DNA of 54,796 bases, counting the filler, from Sluysia triapertura (Eukaryota), in assembly GCA_046118255.1 (NCBI GenBank). It is 4 parts of 4 records of this genome, joined end to end, with 100 filler letters (N's around TTAATTAATTAA, not from the genome) between each part and the next. Parts side by side here need not be neighbours in the genome. Positions count along the whole stretch, not along the records: positions 1 to 17,818 come from JBJNIA010184723.1; positions 17,919 to 28,879 come from JBJNIA010190818.1; 2 more parts are not named here. One strand, written 5' to 3'. Positions 14,024-26,154 of the stretch are shown here, one piece after another (within the stretch, counting starts at the first letter, position 1; the number at the start of each line of letters is the position of its first letter). A program made the translations under genes and the position numbers. Below the pieces are notes generated by a model. It was given only the letters and a program-made list of their open reading frames with translations. It ran no database searches and had not been told where the DNA came from.

Positions 14024-15655
14024 TTACGATGCACATAAAATCACTCTGGCTTCTGTAGTGGTACAGAAACGGAGGAAACATAACTCTGAAAAGGAAATAA
14101 TAAAATTTTATTTGAAAACAAATTTTTAGAGCTTGTTTCATACAAAATGAGAATGAATATTCCACCTTGAAATAGTTGCAACAGTTCTCTTTATTGTACA
14201 TATGTTGTTTGAATGAAACATAACAAGAAATAGATTTTCGATTTGTAGGGACGGCAACTGGGGTTTCTGTTGAATTTCGAACAGATAACACATTTGTAAA
14301 CATTATAATTTAAAGGTATAAAAGATTCCAGGACATTCGCATCTACTTAGTAAGAGTTAGTAAGTCAAGTTCGAAACTGGTGGAAATAGTGAGCGCGCTA
14401 TTCAAAAATGAGAATGCATCATTTGTAGTTGTGTAATAATTTTGAATAAGATTTATTTTAGGTTGATGAAACTTCAAAATTAGTTTATAAATGTCAATAA
14501 TTAACAATCAATAATCAATAATTATTATTCTATCACAAATCATATCTTTTCTAAAATTAAAATAATATGAAATAATGTTTACTTATCATTGGGAGTTGTC
14601 GACAATTTTAAATACCTCAGTATTTGTTTATTACTAAATATTATTATTAATTATTATTATTACTATTATTATTAACACTAAAATTATGATAGGGTTTTTA
14701 ATTGTATTCTCAAAAAAATTTATTAATACTTCACAAATATTGACCGATAGGTAATAATGGGACAATTTATTTACAATAATAATAATTATTATTATACGAT
14801 GAATCATATTATCAAAATATAAATAATGCTACAATAAGAAAATACTGATACATCTATCTTCAGTTATTGCGATGTTAATACTAATTGTACTCGACTCTAA
14901 TACTAATCGAATTTTACAAACACTAATCCTATCAGAAATTCTTCCTTATACATGCTGCAATTACTTCAAATTCATTGCCAAATAATTTTCTCTTAATTAA
15001 TAGTAATAAATTCGACTTTGCTCAATATTGATGTGGCTTTTCTGACACTTAACCTATGAAAAAATGTTTTGAGCAAAGTGGGCATTTCTGTAACTTGATA
15101 AGTTAATAAATACTTTAACTTTAATCTTAAAATTCGGATCTAACTAATCAATTAATGCTTAATGCTTACGTAATATATTTATTAAAATCTAAAATAAAAA
15201 CTAATAAATTAACAAATTTATATTGAAACACGATGCTGATAATAATTAACACGGAATTATTAAAAAAATATTGCAAGGGCAAAGCAGATTAGAAGTTAAG
15301 TAGCAGTAAAAATATTAAAATTCAAACCATCCAGGGTATTTAATTTGTATTTTTGATAATTTTGCGTAGATGTAAGCCTCAATATATCGTGAAACTTACT
15401 AAATATATACTTAAAATGGAAATATTTACATGGTTTGGGAAGTGTTGAAATAATTTATTAATTTAATATTACAAACTATTTCAATGATTATTAAAGAATT
15501 AAAATTTATAACTTTAGAATCATGATTTATTATTATAAGAAAATCAAATTGAAATAAATTGTGGTTGAATTTTTTCAAAAATAAATTCATTAAATCAACT
15601 ACAAAACAAAAATTTAACGTTAATAATCTTATGATGTGTAAAGTTTATCAATGTA

Positions 15656-17073
15656 TTAATTGATCCGTCTATATTTCGAACGATTGCTCGATAATTGAAA
15701 TGAATCATTCTGAATAATAGATAAAAATTATAATTGCATGACCAGTTATTGTTAAAATCAAAATTTACTTTAATTAAAGAGTCTTTCGCTATAACGGCGG
15801 GAGCAACTCTGTCATGTTCGTTGGGTTGATCCTCGATGTCTGAAGGGTTGGAGTTCATTTGACTAGTTCCAATAGATGTCAAAAACCACTGAGCCGCTCG
15901 GTATGGTCACGTAGAATATCCTGGTTGAGAGAACCGGTGCACATCTCAGCAACGTTGTGAAAGAATTGACACGAAGCATCATATAGATTGCACATTGCTA
16001 TCCTATTACGTCTTCTATTGAAACCATTTTTATGTATTACTAAATTTGTGATTAATGGCACACTCATGGGTTGAACTTACTGGTCTGTAGCACGAGATTC
16101 ACCGTGTTCCTTGAATTAGTTTCGACATAACTTATCATCTTTTGATTGATCGTAGTTGTTACTAAAACTATCGTGATTGGGAATTCGACACAGAAATGTA
16201 TTTCTAATTGATCTAATATAACCATCACATGTATGTGTTCCGTAATGTTTATCGGATGAATGATCGGTGCAATCTCGACGTGAAACGTCCACTAAGATTC
16301 CATTTGAATTAATAGCCTTAAATTCGACATCATTGACTTCATTGTTAGTTAAATCTGCCGCTGCATGAACATCAAAATCGCTTTCACAATAAAGTTGGAT
16401 GTGACGTGGTAATTCAGTATGCGGTTCATGCTCAGGAGCATCTTGTAATTTAACCGTCTGAAAATTAACATATTGACAGTTTTGTGATACAATTACATAA
16501 GGATCAACAGTTGGCGTATCGTTAGTTTTTCCACTTTTATTTTACATGTTGTATCGGCCCGTTGCATTTCCGTGGTGAGATCAAATAATTAAAACCTGGT
16601 TTCACTGGAAGATTTGACAATTTCTACACTGTAGTGTTATCTTACTAGCTTTAATTCTAGGTTCGGATGCTGATATAACAATTCCACTAACTTTGACTAA
16701 TTTGGATATTTCATCTGATCGAACATTGCGCAAACTTCTTGATGTTGCATTCCACTGTAAGATTACTTGAAAAGTTGGTAAATTCATTGACAACAGATTG
16801 CATTAAGGAAACTATCAAATCTGGTTTTTGAATAAGCTCATTTGCAATGATATGATCGAATTCAGTTGTATGGTCTTATCAATTTCCAAGTAATAGTACT
16901 TATTATGAAAATTGTGAACTAAGTTTTCTCGATACGAATTAAAAGATAACATTTAACTGATTTAAGAAATTGGACAAATTTAGATTTGTTTATAATATTT
17001 TGAGATAGATTATCCAAATCATTAATGCGATCATTAATACTTTAAGCTGTAATGCTTCATCATAATCTGCCAT
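15656..17073 (-). pseudogene. Chimeric gene relic: MCM5 N-terminal domain (no AAA+ domain) fused to an unrelated C-terminus
   Basis: ATG at 17073. Across frameshifts: YRENLVHNF..YYLEID, EFDHIIANELIQKP, FQVILQWNATSRSLRNVRSDEISKLVKVSGIVISASEPRIKASKITLQCRNC, PRKCN, DPYVIVSQNCQYVNFQTVKLQDAPEHEPHTELPRHIQLYC, all colinear with MCM5 residues 1 to ~250. Similarity stops at ~16386. Putative 59-nt terminal intron 15768-15710. Confidence 0.85.
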
Positions 17074-17179
17074 TGTTCTTTTTACATCAAACGATTTATA
17101 AAATTTTTTAAACTTTTTAAAATTTTGTTTTATTTTATTATTTATTTTACATCTATTGTTGTACTTTACAACTTGGAGA

Positions 17180-17695
17180 GAATGTAGCCTTGAGATTGGT
17201 TGGCCAATGAAAGAAAGACGATTATCGTGTTTGTAAAATGCTGCAACCGTGTGACAGTTAATGTACCCTTATAATTCAAATGACTGTCACCGTTGATAGT
17301 ATAAGTAATAAAATAATAATAAATAATAACAATTAAATTATATAAAAATACATAAAAGACTTTGTTTTCTTTTTCTTTGCATAAAATTCTTTCAAATCAT
17401 ATTATCTTTGGAGAAAAATTCATGCAGTGCGACTAAAACATAACATCGTAGTTAAAAGGATAGAAAAAGGAATGATGAATGAATATTTGACTAAGATAAA
17501 GACGTAATTAAAGATGTCACAGAAATTCCATTTGAGTGTAATGTTTAAAAAATGATTTTAAAATGTGAATTTAATGTTTTTCACTGATGTTAATGATTGA
17601 ATGCTGAACAATTTTGAACTTAAAATGTTTTAAATAAAAAGTGAAATGTACATTTAATGGTTTTGATTGTAAGTATAATTTTAATGTGTGAGGTT
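17180..17695 (-). promoter_or_regulatory. Shared upstream module, copy A
   Basis: Reverse complement aligns with 25262-25980 (e.g. acattaaaattatac, aaaaccatta(a)atgtacattt, gaaaaacattaaattcacatttt). Ends in two hairpin-like motifs and CCAAT boxes. A regulatory role is inferred from position only. Confidence 0.6.
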
Positions 17696-17818
17696 GTGAT
17701 GGGTGATTTATGTTTGGAGGGCGTATATTTGTTATATAAACTTAAATTTAAGACTAGTTTGACAAGTTTATTTTTATCTAAGAATTTAGTAAAAGTCTTT
17801 TCATAATTATTTGGATGG

Positions 17819-17918
17819 NNNNNNNNNNNNNNNNNNNNNNNNNNNNNNNNNNNNNNNNNNNNTTAATTAATTAANNNNNNNNNNNNNNNNNNNNNNNNNN
17901 NNNNNNNNNNNNNNNNNN
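17819..17918. other. Assembly spacer N44-TTAATTAATTAA-N44
   Basis: Exactly 100 nt; the 12-mer has stops in all six frames; identical spacers at 28880 and 43665. Confidence 0.95.
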
Positions 17919-18039
17919 ACGTAAACGGTGGGTAAAAATTCTGGGGGGTAAAATTACCCCCCCCCAGGTTGACTAAAACGTCACAATTACATTCGATTGA
18001 CGGACAAAGGTTAAACAATGTTCCAAATACCACTCGCAT

Positions 18040-18620
18040 CATTAAGAGCACGGACTAATCTTGGAATATAACTTTTCCAATGACGTCATTGCAAAATGCG
18101 GTGAACAGGTGATTTTGAAAAACCAAACTCACTGGAAGCCTGTCATAGAGACTTCCTTGGACTTTGCCGAAAACTTTCAAGTACTCTTTCTTCTTGTGTG
18201 GAGCGATTGGTATTCCTGAACGCTGTTTGTGAACATTTTGAACAGTTCCATCGGTTTCAAACTTATCTCGCGTCGGAATTTCAAAATCATCTTTACCTTC
18301 GCGATGTTAGGTCCTGTCCTTCCTTGACGAACACTTGTCAAACAAGTGGATTGGACGAATGGGGTTTTAGTGAATATCCTCCCCGTTCACCAGACTTCAC
18401 ACCACATAACTAGATTTTTTCTTATGGAGATACCTAAAAGACAAGTATATGCCAATAAACCTGCAACAGTGGCTTAATTGAGGGACATGAATGTGGCCAA
18501 ATACCGAAGGAATTGTTTCATGATGTGTGCGATTCCATTGCTTGGCTTTGTGAGCAGTGTCTGGGTCAAAATGGACGTCAGTTTGAGAACAAGCAAGTGA
18601 CATAATCAATAAATGATATT
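18040..18620 (+). mobile_element. Degenerate Tc1/mariner transposase fragment (WPPRSPDL..DFFLWGYLK class)
   Basis: YPPRSPDFTP..LDFFLWRYLKDK..YANKPATV across frameshifts. Confidence 0.75.
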
Positions 18621-20865
18621 TGTAAATACTTTTACAATTTTAAATCAATAAACTTCTGATGTCATGTTTACAATTATTTTTGATGTATATTTTTTGGGGA
18701 AAATCTGTATATTGTATTACGTTCTGTAAATAATTAATGAATTATCGATTTTATTAAGCTATAAATTGTTTTAAATTGTTCTGTAAAGCAAAGTAAAATA
18801 AATTAATGTAATACATACCACCTTGCTCCCTAATTGTGTTTGAAGATGACGTCATCAGCGGATGATTCTGCGGACCTTACATTAATCTGAAATGTGTCTT
18901 TATATTATGTGGTTTAGGAATAATATGAATGTCATTACTGCGGCTTGGATGATAATTTATCCAAGATTATATACGTATCATGAATCCTCATTCAGTTAGA
19001 CATAAAGTGAAGAAAACTATTAAATTATTAGATTCTCAAATAAAGTATTATATTGGTTTATTGAGCTTTTAGATAGCGCACAATTGATGGTATTCCATCT
19101 GTATAATATTGAATAATTTTTGAGCTTCACAGTCTAAACTTTGTTTACATACATTTACTTAAACTGTTGACAACAATCAGTAAGTAAAAATATAAAATAA
19201 ATAATTTCAGTTTTAGATTCTAGAAATATATATAAAACAACGTTTTAATAATTAATTAATAATTATTTTATTAGAAAGCATTTTAAGGTTAAATTAATTT
19301 TATTATTGATTTCCACACATTCAAAATCGATATACTAAACACTCAATCCTGACATTTATAATTGATATAAGTAGCATATTAAACAGAACACCATTGTTCT
19401 GAATAAGAAAGTTTATCCAAAATATATTACTATGAAAACCAAAACATTCTAAGATAATAAATGTAATGTCATGAATGTTACTATCAAAAAGGGGAAAAAT
19501 AGGACTGTGGTAACAGATTACAATATACAGAAAATATATAAAATAAAACCTATAATAGATACTAAAAATAGAACACACAAAGAAGTTTTATACAATAAAG
19601 GATAATTATTCTAACACGATTAGAAATACACTGTAACTGGACTTATGTTAAAAAGAAGTTTAAAACATTTTAAATTATCATTGTGTGTAGTGTTGACTCA
19701 GAAAATTATCTTTAACTTGAAAAGAAATGACGACAAAAATATTTCTATTAGTAAAAATGGACCATATTGAACACAGTGTTTACTAGTGTGTATTAATGTA
19801 GTCTCTCAATCACCAAATTAAAATATAACATTCTACTTAACAGCTAAGAATATTGTTTGTATGAATATTAATGTCATGAACAATTCAGATTTTTAGATTG
19901 GCAAAGTGAGACAACTCTGAAGGAGGGGGAAGTATCAACAAAAATTTTCATAGAGAATAAAAATAATATCGTAATATTTTTTTATTTTTAACACAAGACT
20001 TACCTTAATTTTCTATGGTAAGTAGCAAAGTTGTAATATTTATTTGTTTAATTAGCTTGCCAGCAAGCAGTACGAACACGAAGTGTATCATCTGAGAGAC
20101 AAATAATACAATGTAGCCCGTAGGATTTTCATAAATATAAAATTTAACTTAATTCTAATAGTCGGGACTTTTGAAAAACGTCACGAGACGCGGGACAAAT
20201 TGCGAAAAAGCAAAACGTCTGGTCACTTTAAACATGATATTATGATAAGCAAATTACGGTTAGAGCCGTCATGAGTTTCCGGAAAATATGTGATAATATT
20301 TTAGTTTTTAGACATACAAGTGATGTTTATTTGCTTCAGGCAGCAGCATCAAATAATTTTAAAAAAGGATGATGAAAAAAAGTATATGTCAACATGTTAA
20401 TAATTATCACAAATTTGTAGTAAAAGAATGTTTAGTTGAATAATTAGATCAAACGAAAAATGTGATTCAACATTGTTTCATCTATTTGAAGAACGACTTC
20501 CGGCCCCACTCAATTTGAATTTCTTTAAAGACTATTTTTTAAATTATTTTATTTATAGAACTGAAAGAATGATCACTTACTATTTGATATCTTTGTTACC
20601 TATCCAGGATTATTTATCCATTGATCTGACAAATTTTACCAAATTTTTATTGATAATATTTAAAAAAACACAAAACAGAGTCTTTAATGTTTAATTTTAT
20701 ATTATTATTTAATTTTTATTTAAAATTTGCGATTTTCTGTTAATAGAAATAAAAATCTCCGGAGGATTTTGAATAACTCAAACATATAGCAATAAATAAT
20801 AATACTTTCGATTATAATATAATTCGAAAGAAAACAAAAGTTTGTTCAACTTTATTTTGCTTCAG

Positions 20866-21944
20866 ATGAATCTTCGTCTCTTTTAGTACCCCAGTCAGAC
20901 AAAGATAGTCGTCTAAAACGTAATAATCACTGTTCATTTGCTGTTTGTCTTACTGCTCTTCAAACTGCTGTTATGGCAACTCTTTTAATCGTACTAATAG
21001 TACTTGTCATAATAATAATGTTAGTAATATATCGAAAACATCAACATCAAAATCATCATCACCATCACCATCAACAGCATCAACATCAACAACAACCATC
21101 CTCATCAACACTTTCCTATCGACAAGACTCAAATCCACAATCGAGTCGTCAAGCAACATTATCAAATACATATTCAAATTTACCATTATCTGCCGATATA
21201 AGTGCTCCATCGAATATGACTCTTCCTCTTCCATCATACACAAATAAATTGGATCTCTTTTCATTTCAACCATTCTCGACGAATTTAGATTCGATATCTG
21301 ACGATAAAAAGATCGTCTATCCTTTAGTAAGTCAAAATACTTTATCACAAATACAAGCTTTACAATCTTTACCACAAAGTACAATACCAAATTCTACTTT
21401 TCCGATACGACACAGGTTTCTAATATTTTATTATTTTAATTTTTCATTTAGATGTTTAACAGAAAATGAAGAAGTTATTTACAATAACAGTTCTAATCCT
21501 ATTATTATAACTCAACAAACACCACCTATAACAACGTTATCGACCTCATCAATAATCAACCGTAGTAATAATACTAATACATTATCATGTCCAAGGCATC
21601 CTTACCAACAATTTCCACATCAACGTTTTCATACTCAAACACTACACCAAACACCACCACCACCACCACATCAACACCATCACCAACATCATCACAATCA
21701 TCATCATTATTCGCAACATCGAGACATTCAATTAGTTAATGATTTTGATTCGTCAGACAATCAACCAATCAGAATTATTGATCAACCACAAAAAAATATT
21801 ACACAAACGCCCACGCAACCTTACATAAGAATAATTGAAGATTCCAGTAGTTCAAATAATGCTGTATCACAAAATTTAGTCATAACAACACAACAACAGA
21901 CACATACAAACATATCTCAAACATCAGCATCAAGTATTTTGTAA
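20866..21944 (+). CDS. 3' exons of a single-pass membrane protein with a His/Gln/Ser/Thr-rich cytoplasmic tail
   Basis: Acceptor ttcag at 20865; TM segment LLIVLIVLVIIIMLVIY followed by RK; 36-nt GT-AG intron 21416-21451; stop at 21944. Upstream exons unresolved and family not recognisable. Confidence 0.7.
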
Positions 21945-22626
21945 ATTAATAAAAATCAAACGAAATATTAATATTTTCATTGAAAAGAAACTATATTATC
22001 TATTATTATCAATTATTATTATTATTATTAATATTATTACGATAACTATTACTATTATTATTATTATTGTTATATTTTATATGCAGGTTGTGTATAAAAA
22101 AATTAAAATACTAAATTTAATTAAATGAATTATTTATATGCTGTGATATTGTCTTCTTCAGTTCATCCTCAAGTGAAAGTTCTTTTGAACTTTTTTAAAT
22201 CTCACATTGTTTTCACTCAGAATTTTTTTTCGCTTTTATTTATGCACCTATTTTGTTACCATGGTTACTTTGCTCTTTAAACTACAGTTTTCTGTAAATC
22301 CATTTTTAAAATTATAAAAAACATAAATATGCTGAAAATAAAATATTTTTAGGTTTATGATTTATGATTACCTTGTCTTTGATCCAATAAATGAATGTAT
22401 ATATATATATCTAAAATATAATTGGCGGATATTTTCAATAATCCAATGACTTTCAAAGATGTGTCTATTCATGTTTATTTAATTAAAAATAATTAATTTT
22501 TCTTAGTTTTTAAATATTAATTATAATTCATTTTGATTTGTTAATTTTTAAATATTTTCAGAATCTTCACCTGAAGTATCATAATTTCGAATAAATTTAT
22601 AAACTAATTTAAGTATTGCTCACTAA

Positions 22627-22819
22627 NNNNNNNNNNNNNNNNNNNNNNNNNNNNNNNNNNNNNNNNNNNNNNNNNNNNNNNNNNNNNNNNNNNNNNNNNN
22701 NNNNNNNNNNNNNNNNNNNNNNNNNNNNNNNNNNNNNNNNNNNNNNNNNNNNNNNNNNNNNNNNNNNNNNNNNNNNNNNNNNNNNNNNNNNNNNNNNNNN
22801 NNNNNNNNNNNNNNNNNNN
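22627..22819. other. Sized scaffold gap (193 N)
   Basis: Plain N run without a linker. Confidence 0.95.
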
Positions 22820-24527
22820 TACCTTTTTCTTATTCTCTTATTTTTCTTTTAAATTTCAACTAGTACAAATTATACAAATGACAAATAAGAAAAAGAATGT
22901 TGGAACACATGAATCACCGTTGAAAGGAATTTCTATTAAAATTTCTTTTATGAAGAAAAATACATTTTTGTGATTGTTTTCAATTTAATAATTCGATAAG
23001 TGACACACTATTTCCCGTTAATCAAGAAATATTAATAATATTAATACACTGTAGTATTGTAAACATTGTCACATGTTTTATTCAGGTTTTACTCGGAATA
23101 ATTTTCCCGAAATTAAATAGGTATATAAATTACCACTAGCTAGTATTAGTCACATGCTATAAAAATTGAACCTGAGCGAGTAAATATGCATAAGAAACAA
23201 ACTAAACAAAATTGTTTGACGGGCTGATTGCTCAGTGATCAGAGCATCGAACTGCGCATTTTATGATAAAATAATAAACTCAAGTTTGTATGTGAATTGC
23301 ATAGAAAATTGCAGCAAATTGTTTACTAAAATTAATTAAATATGAAAATTTCTTCTATTATAATCATAATAAAAATGTTTAAAATATTATATAAATTTAT
23401 TTTTCTTTGAAAAAATATATTCATATTTATCATTAAACTAATTAAATTAAGCTTGATATTGACATTTAAGAGCTAATTATAGATTCAGTATAAACTAATA
23501 TTATTACATTTTTAGTATATAAATCTAATTTAATTTTTTTGTTAAATATCAAGTTTAACGTTTTGACATTTACAATATGACGCAGTACGATAAATGATGT
23601 TAACCAATAGAAAGGTTTTAAAATTTCCTTTAAATTTAGATAGTAAAATCCCAATATAATATAATCGTAAAATGTGGATAGGTTTAGGAAATACATATTT
23701 AAATAAAATAAATTGTTTCTGCATAAACTATTTATTAATAAATTAATAAATGATTTTAACATATGGAATTTTTAAAACAAATTTAGAGTGAAATAATTTT
23801 CACATTGATTTTGGTTATTTTTAAATAATGATATTTATCATGTGATAAAATTATTATATTCAAACTTCTCAATTGAAATGATCTAAAAAAAACCCGAAGA
23901 TTATAAAAATATAGAAATGAAAATAAATGCTTACAAGTATAATACTAATAATTTTGATTCTTAAAATAAATAAATATAATGCAAATACATTTTTAAAAAT
24001 ACATTTTCGTAGTTGTCTCCAATAAATTATTAATAAAATTGATTAAATCTGATTAGTTAATCAGTTATGCATAACGTGGTGTATGAGTTAGTGATAAAAT
24101 GGATAAATATTTTTAATTCCACATGGAACTTAAAAAACAAAAGAATTCTTGTGATTCATCGGCAATACGTTTTTAAACTTATTTTATGTAATTAGTTATT
24201 ACGTCTTTTAAAAACAAAAAAATATGTTTGATCATTTTAAGTAACAAAAATTACCGACTACAATGTTAAATTTGAGATAAAAGCAAAACAGCAGTTGCTA
24301 CCAGTGCAATCTTTTTTATACACACTTTACAACTCAAAATATTGTTTAAATACTTAGAAAATTCACCAAATATTGTTTTCTAACTTACTTTGTTTTTAGT
24401 TTCATTATATATCGGTATTATTATATTATTTTAAGATGATAAAGTTATAACATTTTAAATTAATAATATAATGAAATATTATTTTACGTAAAATATCGAG
24501 GAGATAATTGAAATATATACATATATA

Positions 24528-25158
24528 TAACCAAACCGCAAACTTAAATAAAAATTAGATATCAAATACGACAAATGCAATTTCTTCTTTATATTATTAT
24601 CTTCGCTACTATTCATTTCCTTCTGCGAATAATAGTCTTTAGAATGACTTTTGTTGTGTGATCTTATTGATTTTTGTTCAGCGAGCGTTTCTGGATCCGC
24701 ATTCTTAAAAATGCAGTGAAGGACTTTAGATTTAAACGAACGTATCTTCGTTATTATGACTTACTGTGCAAGGACTAGTTATAAGCATGTCGAAGAAAGA
24801 TGGGAGCAAACTTCAGAATACCTGTACCGTGTACGTCGACAATGTTCAATCTTGTATCGAAATTGTAAGTTACTGGAAATATCTCAAAATCTCCTAAAAA
24901 GGTCGTCCGACAACATTTCGTTCATCTGAAAACAGGGATATAGTGACAGCTGCATTTGCTCATTCTTCCAAAAAATCTATCCGTCAGGTATCTTGCATGA
25001 CTTTGGTCTAAAACCATGCCCTAAATGAGGATGACCCAGATAAACGATTCAGAATTTTGTGAGAACTTTGTACTATTTTGTGAAGAATCACAAATTTTTC
25101 CAGATTTCAGAGGAAACTTGCCACAAAGATATTGTGCTTGTATTGAAGTTCAATGTGG
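24528..25158 (+). mobile_element. Left part of an internally deleted Tc1/mariner element (family of the MITE at 38074)
   Basis: aaccaaaccgcaaacttaaataaaaattagatatcaaa matches the TIR at 38091; transposase N-terminal relic (ERIFVIMTYC, GRP, KKSIRQVS) and C-terminal CIEVQ. Confidence 0.8.
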
Positions 25159-25261
25159 TGACCAACCTTTTCATTTAAAATTCAAAATCATTATTTCATT
25201 TGTAATATCACATTTATTAACATTTTACTTTTTACCTTTTCACACTTTAAAACATTGTAAA

Positions 25262-25980
25262 TTCACAATCTTATAACATTAAAATTATACTCATATTGAA
25301 AACCATTAATGTACATTTTAAATTATATCCAAAACATTCCAGGTTCATAATCCTTCAACACTCAATCTTTAATATAACCGAAAAACATTAAATTCACATT
25401 TTGAAACCATTTTAAACATTGCAATTAAATTGGCATTTCTATAACATGTTTATTTATGTATTATTTTCTTAAAACATTCTTTTATCAGCTCTTTCCACAT
25501 TTCATATCTCTGTAATCACCGAATAAGTTTATTTCAAAGAAATTATGAATTAAAACTAATATTGCAAAAAGCAGTTAACGAAAGAAGTTTATTCAAACGA
25601 ATTTAAGCTAAATCGAAATCCATCATTGTTATGTAAAGAACTTTAAAATAATGAAGATAAAAAAGAATTTTATTTTAAAGAAAAGAAATTCAAGAAGTTT
25701 ATGTTTAAAAGAATTTATTTACAATAAAAGATTTGTATGTTAAGAAATAAGGAAATAAATTAAAAGAATACAGTTTATGTATTTCATTTTCATTTTATTT
25801 ATTCAATTTATAATAATAATAATTATTATTATTATTAACATTAATTTGTTAATTGTATTTTTAGTCTGTCCCAGTCGATAGTTTAATTAAAATCAACTCA
25901 ACCTACCTTGTTAACTGCCAACAGATGGCAGTTGCCTAGTGTGTAAATAATTTTATTTATAAATTAATATGATTGGTAGA
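25262..25980 (+). promoter_or_regulatory. Shared upstream module, copy B
   Basis: Homologous to the reverse complement of 17180-17695. Contains an AAAGAANTTT array (25581-25717), a perfect hairpin aactgcca-acaga-tggcagtt (25913-25933) and ATTGG at ~25972. Confidence 0.6.
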
Positions 25981-26154
25981 TATGCTACAGTTATAACACA
26001 ATATACATTACACACATATGTGTATTTTTATTACTAGTCCTACTATCGCTACTCCTACTAAGTAAAAAAGCAATAACATAAGAAGTTATTTTAAGAAGCA
26101 ATTCACATAGTACATTATAAAATCATTTATAATTACTTTCATAGTTCCAAATAA

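Noticed and set aside
17863-17874. TTAATTAATTAA palindrome recurring three times
   Set aside because: Always centred in exactly 100 nt of N; an artificial six-frame-stop linker, not biology.
21007-21390. 127-aa minus-strand ORF and 100-aa ORF at 20945
   Set aside because: Shadow frames of the low-complexity His/Gln/Ser coding exon.
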